Positions 39,161 to 50,641 of a stretch of DNA of 64,000 nucleotides are shown here, one piece after another. Origin of the DNA: Hydrolagus affinis. Taxonomy: Eukaryota. The stretch lies in the NCBI GenBank assembly GCA_012026655.1, contig JAAILG010000024.1:124001-188000 (forward strand), written 5' to 3'. The notes under the pieces were generated by a model, which had not been told where the DNA came from, searched no databases, and saw only the letters and a list, made by a program, of their open reading frames with translations. Each line of letters opens with the position of its first letter. The stretch's first letter is position 1. A program made the translations under genes and the position numbers.

Positions 39161-40149
39161 TACTAAGTTCACTTCAATCAAGATCCCTGAGCTGTTCCCC
39201 TCACACCCTCCCCACCTTTTATTTTGTTTTCCACAAGCACAAAGAATCCTGACCAAACTTACTTCCAGCTCCATGGAATTGTAAAAGCTATATGCTATTT
39301 ATAAATACACCAAATTTTAGAAAGAAAATTCAACCATTTTGTTCTATATAATGTGAATTGATTATTTTAAAAAGCGTATACATGAAATACGTTTCACCCA
39401 CATTATAGCCATTCTTGTAAACTAATCTTTCTGGCCAAACCATTTGTAACAGTGCTAGCGATTACATAATCACATGTGGTGCAGAATAATTTGTGAGCCA
39501 ATGCTCTGCAGGCCTGAGGATCTTGTTTTAAGGATTTGCAGCAATCCTGATAATACAACAAGAATAATTCAGATTTTTAGAATGCCTTTCACATCCACCA
39601 GGAAAGCATCTTAAAACACTTTTGCACAGTCTTCTCCAACACATAATACCAGTGAAAAGTGTTTTTCCTTAATGTGGCTTAATGTAGTTTGCCAACCCAT
39701 GATATTTATCACATTAAATGAGTTATTAAAAAGTGCAAATTTCACCTCCACTATGTTAGTGCGCCAGTAATACTGTAAATAGCAATGGGTACAACACCCT
39801 TGAGTTTTGAGATAACAGGCATGTTGTGCATTGCAAAATGTTAATCAAACTACATACATAGTGTGAGAAATGTGATTTTGTTAGTTAATTAGCGTCAGAT
39901 GACAATGGACTAACAATAATGAGCATTTCACACTTTCCAATCACCAAATAAGCTACATGATCAATAACAAAAAATCTCCAAATGTCTGTGAGTACAGCTG
40001 TGGAGTTTGCAGCTAAGGAATAGAAAGAATTTGATTAGGAGACTGCAGCACAGTTTGATATATTGAGGATGGGCAAACGCCTACTCTCTGGTTGCGGTGT
40101 TCAGTTTATTTTACCATGTGAGTTGATAGTGGGTTTGCTCAACCAAAAT

Positions 40150-40400
40150 GTTTCTTGTGGTGTCTGGGCCAACATTGCCCCCAAATAAAATTGGTCACTC
40201 ACTGCATGGTTGAATGGACTGAATGGTCCTCTCTTTTCCTATGTTCTTCTATATTCAAGGCATCTCTTCTGGTTGCACTCTTGGGTGAATGTACAATGTA
40301 CCTAGTTTGTGATAGCCGTGTTGAAGTGCTTTGAGAGGTCTCGAAAATGTGATAAGGCACTTTGTCAAATGCAAGGATAATTATCATTATTATTATTTTA
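40150..40400 (+). mobile_element. DeuSINE 3' remnant with a short nested CR1-like tail (~40210-40255)
   Basis: GTGTCTGGGCCAAC...AAATTGGTCACTC; then ATGGACTGAATGGTCCTC...CCTATGTTC; then GAAGTGCTTTGAGAGG...CAAATGCAAGGAT(ATT)n. Confidence 0.65.
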
Positions 40401-41139
40401 TTATGCGCAGGAAACTCGCACAGAAACGAATAGAGCTCAAGTGGACAGCGTAGACCTTGTCAGTTTTCATCCAGTATTGATTGTAGGTGCCTTGAAGGCC
40501 TCTGGGTGTGATAGGTGCCTGTTGTGACTGAGTGCTCTAATGAAAAACCGGATCTAAATTCTAATGAAACGAAATGGGTAAAACGAGAAACAAATCATCC
40601 CATCACCTTCAATAACATTACCCCACCCCAGTGCTCAGAGTGAGAAGCCGAAAATGGAGAGAGGTGGTTATAGTGACTAATGCCTTGGTGAATGTTTTAA
40701 CAGCTTAATTTATGTTTGTAATTTTCTTATGGTAATCCAAGTTTGTGATCTAAGAGCATCATAAAAGTACCAGAGGTTGTGACAAATCACTCTGCACAAG
40801 TCCCAATCTTTTCTCCTATCTCTCCCTGCTGCCTTGGCTTTTCTGGCTACTTTGACGAATTTTGTGAAGCATATAAGTCTGAACAATGTGACGTTGGAAT
40901 GAAAATATGTCTAACTTCTGCCTGGATAGATTTGACCCAGCACAGCATTGTCAGCAACCTCATTTTGAAGCATTCCCAATGTTTCCCCAAAAACTCTATG
41001 AAATTTTAATGCTGTGTAAAGCTCTAATATGTTCCTGGCAAAATGTAGCACACAGTTGCAGTGGAATCTCACAAAAACATTCCTATAAAAATTAATCTAA
41101 ACCTCTGCATGTTATATTTCACTTACCAAATACACATAG

Positions 41140-42070
41140 TCTACACAAATTGACCATGAACTCTATTTGCACTGAGCAGAGATTTGATTATCTGCCACTT
41201 GTATTCAAAGTTGTTCCGGTAGCAATTGTGACGCATTTCCATATTATTGATGTCATAATTTTTACCGATAAGGGGAGAATAGACTCTAATGAGTAAAACA
41301 ATAATGAAAGTACCAATTGCTGGGTGGAACTCACTCGCAACAAGTGCCATAGTTCGCATTTCTTGATGCATTAAGAGACGCATTCGAAGTCGAGTGAATT
41401 ATCTCTTGAAATGTTAAACTAATACTTAGTCACTAATCTAGCACATTTATTGAGCTGTGTAAGAAACCGCTGTGATTGAGGTGCCTTTAGAAATTCATTA
41501 ACTCCTACTGCACTGCAATCGGAAGAATTTCTAATTGATTGTATATTTCTGGTTTATGATGCGTCAGATTATTTCAATTCTGAAACCAATTAACTAGTCC
41601 TGATGTTACTAATGGTTGAGTTGTAATTTAGCTTAATCATTTTATTCTTTATGATTTATTTCAATTGTTATTTAGTCCTGCTAACAATTCTGGTGCTCGT
41701 TTTATTACCAATCAGTTTAATTTATTTGGGCCTGATTTGCCCACTTATGTTTGTTTCTTTTTGTCCCACTTGCAATTTAGCCAGCCGTTCAAGCACACAA
41801 CAAACAATATTGAGAACAAATACCTTTACTGATATTAATTGTTGTGGCCTGCAACCACCCTTTGAAGCATGAGGCATATGTGGCTGCTAATGCAAATTAA
41901 GACAGCGCTTAAAGGAGGCAGGCTCCAAATTGCTTAACCGAGGAGTTGTTTAAACCCGTTTGATTATTACAAGTTTGGATATTTGAGAGACAATCTTTTA
42001 GCTGAAGTAGATAAATCAATACCACCTTAAGCGATAACAATCCGTTTGTTTGATTTAGCGCCTTTGACAT
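41140..42070. promoter_or_regulatory. Candidate conserved non-coding element / enhancer block
   Basis: About 0.9 kb with no recognisable repeat, retained CpGs, octamer ATGCAAAT (41890-41897), TGATTTAT, CCTTTGA and many TAAT/ATTA. Conservation not tested. Confidence 0.4.
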
Positions 42071-42206
42071 TAGGAAGAGGCCTTAAAGAGCTTCCCAGGG
42101 TATAATGTAAAGGTGTAATTTGTAGTTGAAAGATCATATTTGGCGCACCAGAAGATAATTGCTTTCTGGGTTCTATGTTTGCCAACCAATAGAGGCTAAC
42201 ATCCCC

Positions 42207-42357
42207 TTTTCAATCCGTTGCTGTTTGTGGGATGCTGTGTGCAATTGGCTACCACGTTTCACCCACAAATATACAGTCAATTCACTTGACAGTATATTCT
42301 GTGAAGCGCTTTGAAGACGTGAAAAGCGCTTTATCAATTGCAAGGATTATTATTATA
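42207..42357 (+). mobile_element. Young SINE 3' half
   Basis: TTTCAATCC...CTGTTTGTGGGA...CAAATATACAGTCAATTCAC...GCAAGGATTATTATT. Confidence 0.9.
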
Positions 42358-43064
42358 TTTTAGTCATTTGAGTAAAATTCAGTTTTCAAAGAACTATCCC
42401 CCAAACGCTTGAAAAGAGAAATTCAAGGCAAATTGAAATCTAAATGGAGAATTTGCAAGCAGAGTGATCATTATCTACAAGAGAAAGATAAGTTAACATT
42501 TTAGATTATTGTATCTCTATTAATTATGGACTGCTATTAGTTACTGCTGACTGAAGCTAGGAATCCCTTATAAGATGCATGTTCACTTATTTTAAATTAA
42601 GAGCACTTACTAAAATATCGAGAAATGATGCAACGTAAAATTGAAACTAAATTGAATGTAATTGATGCCTTGATGGACGGACGCTGCCTGTCCTGACCAG
42701 ACAATCAAAATCAAACCCTACTATTCCCAACAACTCTTCCCAGATCCTCTTCCTGAATTGGAAGTTTAGCTTCCATTATTTATTTACCAATGGTTTGATC
42801 ACTCAACCCATCATTATTAAACAGGCGCTCTTTAAAATTATACTGAATAGGGCAGGATATAACTTGAATACTAGTCTTGCTCAAAGTTGTAGAATCCAGA
42901 CTGAACAAATCAGAACATACAAGAAGATTGGAATGCCTGAGAATAAAGTCTGACGTGATACAGAGAATTTCTGGTACATTTGAGGATTAAGCAGTGTTAC
43001 CCAGAAAGCTCTACCTCCACATTTAACATTTGAAAAGAAGTAGTTTCTGTTCTTCTCCAAGTAT

Positions 43065-43172
43065 GCCCCAGTTCTGATGAAGGATTGTGGGCCCGAAACG
43101 TTGACTCACTTGCCTTTATCCATAGATGCTGCCTGACCTGTTGAGTCCTCCCAGCGACTTCTGTTTTTGTTT
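43065..43172 (+). mobile_element. Penelope-like element terminal-repeat fragment
   Basis: TTCTGATGAAGG...CCCGAAACGTTGAC...CCATAGATGCTGCCTGACCTGTTGAGT...TTCTGTTTTTGTTTC resembles the abundant chondrichthyan Penelope-type terminal repeat. Confidence 0.75.
43070..43106 (+). ncRNA. Minimal type I hammerhead ribozyme motif (partly decayed)
   Basis: CUGAUGA (43074-80), GAAA (43095-98), palindromic AACGUU stem III, stem I AGUU/GACU. Stem II GGAUU/GGCCC is imperfect. Confidence 0.6.
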
Positions 43173-43323
43173 CCGTTCCTTTACCCGGTACATTGTAAAT
43201 TTAAGGGGATTAATGACCTAAAGTAGTTGTTTTTGCAGGTTGGTTGATACCGAACTGCAGATTTACAGGATGAAGCAGATGTATCCACCCATTCAGAAGT
43301 TCTTTCTAATGTGCCTCCATGAA

Positions 43324-43440
43324 GCAACAATTATACTTTGCCTTTAGATATAGCGCCCTTCATGTAGGATAGTGCCTCAGAGCTCCTTGTAAGGACAAAG
43401 TCAGACACCAAGTCAGGAGAGGGAGTAAAGAAGGTGGCCT
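43324..43440 (-). mobile_element. Old L2-type tail
   Basis: CAACAAT...TTTGCCTTTAGATATAGCGCCCTTCATGTAGGA...CCTCAGAGCTCC. Confidence 0.5.
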
Positions 43441-44349
43441 CCTATTCAGTTAGCTCTTTTTTCAGATTTAAACTGAAAGAGACAAATGAACACAAGTCAT
43501 AGTGGAAACGCTCTGACTAGAATTATGGCTTGCTCGGTCGATGTACTTGCTATGGGACTGCAGTGGCTGGGATCTAATAGGAATAGGAACATCCTGAAGA
43601 ATGCGCTGCATGCTGTGTGATGGCAATTACTGGAGGGAATGTGCACCAGTTGTTTCAATTTACTTTAACATGCTCCCTTGTTGCAGGAATGTACACACTG
43701 TTGCAACAATAAAAGGAAATTGGTGCCATTGTAAAGGATGATTATCATAGAACTGAATTGTAAACAATGAAGGATTTTGTTTCAGGAGTGGTTCGTGAAA
43801 TTGAAATCACCACTGTGTCTTTATTCTGAATTGCAATCTGTTCACAAGATGTGGATTTGCCTTCATTCAAATGTTGCCGGAGAGAAACCAACTCCTCATT
43901 CTTGAAGGTTATTGCTAAAGATTGTGTCTGCTGACTTCATGTTTTTGCCTTGGCAGATTGAAGAGCCTATTCACCAATGCGGTTTGACGTGAAAAGTGAA
44001 CTTGGACGGGAAGTATTGATGATTTGAGAGTGGATTAAACCGTTGTACATACTGTACGCAGAAGCATACAGTGTGAAAAATAATGAAGCAATACACTGTT
44101 TGGATCATTATCTCAGGAATAGCAAAAGCTGCATAGTCCATCGGAAATGCTTACACATTTCACGCTCTTTGAATGTAACTGTGATTCTCACATAAATGCA
44201 TGCAAGACAAATAGTTGTACAAAGGAGTTCATAAAATACTTACATTGAGGGGCAACCTAAGTTAGAACTGTCAGGAATAGAATGTTTTGAGAAAAACTAG
44301 TTTTCAATGAATATTTTGCCTCCTGAAGCTGCTAATCCAAAGCAGTGAA

Positions 44350-44591
44350 CTTGAACCTTGATACATTCCCATTTGGTGAGTCAATGTGATTGGCTGCGCA
44401 GGAGAGTTCGAGTGAAAGCGACTCGGATTCAGCGCGCCATATACAGAAAAGGCTGGATGGTGACAAAGTGCCCGAATAAGACAGCAAGTAATAAACAGAA
44501 TTAAACTAACTGTCACTTGGTCCAACGGCCGTTCAATGGCCATGGAGAAGAAACATCTAATTGGAATTTCAGGTCCCCGAATGAGGTAAGC
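44350..44591 (+). promoter_or_regulatory. Candidate promoter plus first exon (MAMEKKHLIGISGPRM.., phase-2 donor)
   Basis: TGAGTCA at 44377-83, inverted CCAAT (ATTGG) at 44389-93, CpG cluster, GCCATGG Kozak at 44539-45, GAG|GTAAGC donor at 44585/6. Confidence 0.35.
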
Positions 44592-44629
44592 AACCAGTCT
44601 TAGAAACCAGCGATACAGGAGAGAAACAG

Positions 44630-44830
44630 GAATGGGATTGTATGGCAGCAGGCAGCTCTTTCACCTCTGGGACCTAGGTTCAAATCAAACCCAATTTGTG
44701 GGGATAACGGACACCTTTCTCTCTGGTACCTGCAAGCATAACTGTAGAACTGTCCCAAATGTAGAACTAAATTGGCAGGCGCGCTCGGAGCTACAGGAAT
44801 GCCTGGAGTGAGCAAATAGATAGGCTACAG
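44630..44830 (+). mobile_element. Ancient tRNA-derived SINE with an LF-SINE-like head
   Basis: CTCTTTCACCTCTGGGACCTAGGTTCAAATC resembles the LF-SINE head (GCCTTTCACCTCTAGG...GGTTCAAATCC). CTAAATTGGCA occurs downstream. Confidence 0.5.
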
Positions 44831-45539
44831 AGATGCCATGAATCCATTTGGACTGTGAGATCACTTTTCAATTAGAGCAAGCTGATCCAAACTAAATATA
44901 GTACTGTATGTTAGAATTTCTATTTATTCCTGCCATACTGCTAAGACACATTTTTCTTGCTCCAAGTTATGGGGTGATTAATTCACTGCAAGTTTAAATT
45001 TCCTGTTTGAGCCCTTCCTCCCCCCACCATCCCATTATATAATTCCCTTCTTATGTAAGTGAAATGAAATTCTGTGAGTCCTGCATTTTCCACAAAAGGG
45101 AATAGTCTTAATTGTATCATGAACTCATAATTAATAACAAAAAACTGATCTTATGGCAAGGCAGACTGTCTGAATATGTAAGCAGAGAATGCTCTGCCTA
45201 GAGACATGAAACAGCTGAAACTCATTCAGTCTGCACTAATATAATATAGACTTTATTTCTTGTTCGTCAAAGTGGGTCAGGTGTTGTAGGAATGCCAGCA
45301 ACTTAGAATGGAGCCAAAGTCCAGAATTGTTTTTACAAAAATAACTAATTATGGCACCATTTTGAGCATAACGTGATTTAACTCATGAGAAAATCTAACT
45401 AATGCTGTGTTTTAATTGCACCGCAGATGGGATGTCAAAGAATGACAACTTTTAAATTCAGTCAAGGATTAGAATATGTAGTTACAAACTATTGACATTG
45501 GAAATGGGGTAGTTAATTCGATACTCTTCTACACATGTA

Positions 45540-45650
45540 ACCATCAAGTCTTCTCTTAAATACTTTGATGTTTTTTGCTTCAAAGGTATCTTCCAGCAAT
45601 GAGTTCCACATTAGTGCCATCATCTGCACGAAGTAGTTCCTCCTATTAGA
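45540..45650 (-). mobile_element. Degenerate CR1 ORF2 3' fragment
   Basis: CTCTTAAATAC...TGCTTCAA...CAGCAATGAGTTCCACAT...TCTGCACGAAG in antisense CR1 order. Confidence 0.45.
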
Positions 45651-45912
45651 CCTACTACTGACTAATTTACATAGCAACGACACAACACAAGAATTTTGCA
45701 GGATATAATATCATGCACCAATCTATCAGCCTTTTCTGCTCTGTCTTTGGCAGGCAAGGACTGAAATCCGACTTTGAGAGATATATTTTCTGTTCCTCGA
45801 AATTCCGAATAAACTTTTAATTTCACAGTCGGCAAACCTGGAATTACAAATTCATTTAGAAAACCCTCACTCCACGGTTCAAATTTCATTTTTAGATCCG
45901 TATCTTAATGTC

Positions 45913-46288
45913 GAGTCCTGTAGCTCAGTGGTCAGAGCACTTGCCTTACAAATGAGAAACCTCAGTTCGATTCCAGACAGGATGGACCTTGGGCAAGTTT
46001 CCTTACTCCACACGCCAAATAATAATCCCTCAAAAAAATACAATTGGTCAATTCAATCCATGACTGTTTGTGGGACAATGCTGTGTGCAATTGTGTCCAC
46101 AAATATACCGTTGACTCACTTTACAGTATAAAGTCGAAGTGCTCTGAGACGCCGTCCAGTGTGGAGGGCACTATATAAGTCCAAGTTGTTGTTAAGGTGT
46201 TGTTGTTATATTCTGTGAAGTGCTGTGTCTAGAAGACGTGAAAAGCGCTATATCAAATGCAAGGATTATTATTATTGTTATTATTATT
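45913..46288 (+). mobile_element. tRNA-derived SINE interrupted by a third-type L2-like tail (46131-46206)
   Basis: Complete head, body and tail. The insert GAAGTGCTCTGAGACGCCGTCCAGTGTGGAGGGCACTATATAAGTCCAAG(TTG)n is flanked by a TATA duplication (46127-30 and 46207-10). Confidence 0.92.
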
Positions 46289-47716
46289 GAGCCTTTCCTG
46301 AGTTTCAGATAACAAATACCTTCTGAGTATTTCAACGGTGGATTTGAGTTTGTCTTTTTCTGGACTCTAACACATGGTGATGTATAAAAGCAGCAAAAGT
46401 TATCTTAAAAACAAAATATACACTAAAAAGCTAATGATTATAATGTATTTTTTTAATCATAGTTAGGATTTGGTAGAATTGATTTTCGCCATGATGATTG
46501 CTGAGTGGTTTTTGATTGTACCCAAATTTGACGATTGCTCAGGATTCATATGGTCAGGTACAAGATTCAAGGGTATTTTAGAATCAGTCCACCACTCTTT
46601 CATTCTGACTTACTTGCCAGGAGGTAAGATCAGATGAGAAAGATTCACAAATTCCTTCTAATTGACTTCGACTGGATCATTCATTCCCTGGTTGTTTGTA
46701 AAAAGTTGCAAAATACAGTCAATACACTTTGAATAAATCCTAAAACGTGCTTTGAGACATCCTCCAGATTTCAAAGGAGCTACATCAAATACTGTACAAG
46801 AATTCTTATAAGATCACTCAGCAACTTGGTAATTGACATCAGAAAATTCTCAGAAAATTGACATAACATTTGAGGTCACAGTTCTTTGATTTCCTAACTA
46901 ATGGAATTAATCACCACAAAAACAGACCTTTCCTGTAGAATTATCAAAGATGATGGAACTTGGTGAGTGCAATTGAGGGAGAAGAAGCTTGATTGATGAA
47001 GCACTTTAGTGGAGCCCTTCAATCAAGCCACCGGCTCCATCATGTGAGTGTGTATCTATTATTACTGTGCAATTAAAAAGCACAAAGACATCAATGAAAG
47101 GGGCAGTGGTACTTAAGATCCACTACTTGATTTTCCCTTTCCGAGATGATGTTTCTGATACCACAGATAAACCTGACTGAGTTGACCAGTCCTGTAGATA
47201 TTTTGCATTTCTGTCACTCAAAACTACTGCAATGATTTGGTGCTTTAATAAAAATTATATGGCTTGGATGATATTAATATTCGGGGACCTGAGAATGCAC
47301 AGTACTCCAAAACGCTTAGCTATATATAAGTTTTCCTCACGATAAACCATACTCTCAATGTTTCTCAGTGGTCCAGTAATTTTCAGAGCATAAAAGACAA
47401 ACTATTCAGATGTTGTACTTGTGTATTGTTTTTTAAAAAGACGTGTTCAACAGAACTCAGCATGAAGTACAATTCATAGAACAAAAATCTATCTAAAATT
47501 ATCTGTCAAAAGTCAACCACGTGTGTTACTTTTGATCCAGTTTTGCAGGCCTACAGAAAACAACCGAGTTGAGGATTTTCTTAGAACACTTCTGAGTTAA
47601 CATATTTGCAGGTAGGCAATAGAGCAAAGCAATTATGTTCCAAGCACTTTACAGACTGTGGAAGTTAATAAACTATGGGAGTTAGTAAATGACAGTAAGG
47701 ACATGTGTGAGTATTC

Positions 47717-48025
47717 GGAGTCCTGTAGCTCAGTGGTTAGAGCACTCGCCTTGCGAGCGAGAGATCTGGGTTTGATTCCAGGCAGTGAGAAACCTTGGGT
47801 ACATTTCCTTACTCCACATGTGTAAAATAATCCCTTGAAAAAACACAATAAGAAATTGATCATTTTCAATCCACCACTGTTTGTGGGACACTGCTGTGCG
47901 TAATTGGCCGCCGTGTTTCACCCTCAAATATACAGTCAATTCACTTTGCAGTATATTCTGTGAAGCCGTTTGAGACGTCTAGAAGACATGAAAAGCATCA
48001 TATCAAATGCAAAGATTATTATTAT
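47717..48025 (+). mobile_element. tRNA-derived SINE, full length (subfamily A)
   Basis: GGAGTCCTGTAGCTCAGTGGTTAGAGCACTCGCCTTGCGAGCGAG head through the (ATT)n tail. Confidence 0.95.
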
Positions 48026-48881
48026 AATTTTATTGACTCTGTGGCAATTTTCCATCAATTCATACCTGAGCTGTTAGTTATGCAAGAGTGGATACAGCAC
48101 CCCGAAGGATTGCACACATTAATCCCTTCTGGCAAAAGAAATGTGATTTTCCATCTTGGGTGTAAACAATGATCTGGAAAATTTCTCACTCTGCAATTCC
48201 AGTATTGATATAACTGTATTATAGGGAACACAGAAGGCAAGATCATCTTCAAATACAAAACTCTCTGATGTAACATTGAATGTCCAGCTCATTGAAATTT
48301 TATATGTTCACAGAAGTTGTAAGTTTCGAGCGAGCCTTTGGGCGGATTGCTTTGACGTTAGTTATAAGTAGATAAGTTGTACAAGTCAAAATATTCCTCT
48401 GATACGACTTCAGCCCGACCATTTTCTTCACAGAAATTTTTAATATTATTCAGCTGCTTGAACAGCTTGTGCAAGCACTTTGCAGCTTACAAAATGCACA
48501 CACAGATTGTTCTATCACAGTGATTTTTTTTTCAAACTGAATAATGTGAACTTGAATCAGGAACATAAAACAGTTAATTTAACATGCTGTATTATAGGGA
48601 ACTCGAGGCAAGGTAATGATTTGCACTAAAACCAGAAACGTCCCACTCTATGTGGTGATGCCAATTAGGTTGCTTGTATTCCCCTATATCCTGTCAGTGT
48701 TCTAACATAGATCTAAATGATGGTGTCTGCACAATATTATAAATTAGATTATTAGCCTGGGTAAATGACAGTACAGAAGCCATGCGAAAATCTATACCTA
48801 TCACTATATCTCTTTCGATCATCTTAATGTCTGACACATGCAGAAACCCATCATCACTCTGGCTGTCCCAGACACAGGAGA

Positions 48882-49031
48882 ATAATAATAATAATAATAA
48901 TCCATGCATTTGATATAGAGCCTAATCACATCATTGAAACGTCTCAAAGCACCTTACCTAATACTGTATATTGTAAAGTGCATTGACTGTATATTTTGTT
49001 GGCGAAACACAGCAGCCAATTGCGCACAGCA
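48882..49031 (-). mobile_element. SINE 3' half
   Basis: (AAT)n CC ATGCATTTGATATAG...ACGTCTCAAAG...GCAGCCAATTGCGCACAGCAG. Confidence 0.88.
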
Positions 49032-50162
49032 GATGGAAGGGACTGGGCCTCGGGACTCGGCCTTCTTCAGGGAGAATAACGCCAACGCTGTTCTAATGAT
49101 GTTTCAAAAATACAGCTACTGAATAACTCCAGGTAAGTGAATGTTTTCAGTATATTTTGGCTGTTTCAATTCTGTAACTCCTCCATCGATTTCTTTACAT
49201 GCTCTGTTGGTTCTCTCATTTCTTTAAAAATCCAGCACAGTGGTCATTCTGGATTCAGAGTGGTTAGTGGATCAGCAATGATCTGAGACAATTGAATACA
49301 TCTCTATGGTGGGAAGTCAATCTACTTAAACATTTCTTTCAATATTGATTGACGTTTGCAGGAGGAGAAGCCTCAAATAAGTGCAATGGATGGAGAGAGA
49401 CTCTTCGAACTTGATTTCCAAATTTGACTTTTGGAAAACATACCTGAGGTTTTGGATTTGTTAACTGATCATTTTCTTGAACTGCATTATTTGTGACTCG
49501 TATCAATTGTCCACGACATATGGTTCGACGAACACGTTAAGTGTTTCAGCCATTTACCTAAACTTTATTGGATTGCCCAAATATGTGGGAGGTGGACCGA
49601 AATTTGCAGCTGTTTTCTTTGATTGCAAAAAACCTATTATACGCAGCATGGGACCATGCTTTGTTATATAATGAGACGACAGAATCGTGGAAGGCTGTAA
49701 TTTGACAAGAGTGAATTTTGTCAATGAATAGACACTATTGTTTGATAATTACACCACTGTCTCGCTTTTGTGCCTGGTTGGTCATCATTGAGAAAAGAAA
49801 CCTGTCCAAATTCAGGGGCTAATGCAAGATGGTAAAATATTCAGAGTATGATTTAAAAATTATAAAAGTGAGCAAACCAAATTAACAGACTGTAGATAAA
49901 AGACCAGAGTAAATCCCAATGAGACATGTAAAACCAGAGATAAAGATAATTCCACATGAAAGAAAGTCTTGCAAGAGGTGCGCTTTGCTTGCTAGGTGCA
50001 GTTTTAATGATGTCTCTTGTCTTTATAGTCTTTATAATTCATTTCACAATTGCTAATCAAATCTGTTTTGAGATCTAGCTCTGGGCTGAAACTGTCCTGG
50101 TTTTTCATTGCACTATTTGTGATAAATCTCCACAATTTTGCCAAAGATTTGCCAGGAAAGGT

Positions 50163-50641
50163 TTACTAGAATGGTACCAGGATTGAGGGACTTCAGTTAT
50201 GAGGAAACGCTAGATAGGCTAGGTTTATTCTCTTTGGAACAGAGAAGGTTGAGAGGACACCTCATAGAGGTTTATAAAATCGTGAGGGGATTCGACAGGG
50301 TGAATAAGGAAAAACTGTTTCCACTGATGGGCAAATCCGTGACTCGTGGTCACAGACTTAAAATGGTTACAAAACGAAGCAGAGGGGAGCTGAGGAGAAT
50401 TTTTTTCACTCAGCGGTTTGTTCGAATCTGGAATGCGTTGCCTGAAAAGATGGTGGAGGCCGATTCGATAACAGCTTTTAAAAGAGAATTACATCTTTAT
50501 TTAGGGAGAACAGGTCTGTTAGGTTATGGGGAGAGAGCTGGGCAGTGGGATTGAGTTGCTCTTTTCAAAGAGCCGGCACAGATTAGATGGGCCGAATGGC
50601 CTCCTTTTGTACCGTAAAATTCTATGATTCTATGATTCTAT
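50163..50641 (+). mobile_element. Young 5'-truncated CR1 LINE (ORF2 C-terminus, 3' UTR, (ATTCTATG)n tail)
   Basis: FTRMVPGLRDFSYEETLDRLGLFSLEQRRLRGHLIEVYKI...TRGH...FFTQR...WNALP...GYG...W is uninterrupted to the stop at 50552-54. Octamer tail; GAAAGGT duplicated at 50156-62 and 50642-48. Confidence 0.97.

Noticed and set aside
47717-47790. tRNA-Ala/Val-like cloverleafs at the SINE heads (also 5593, 18133, 22751, 45913, 53246, 59829)
   Set aside because: Each continues into the same SINE body and tail and carries stem-breaking mutations. They are SINE heads, not tRNA genes.
49045-49072. Second hammerhead-like motif on the minus strand (CUGAAGA-AGG...CCCGAGG)
   Set aside because: The GAAA box and stem III are absent. 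At most a dead Penelope-type remnant.
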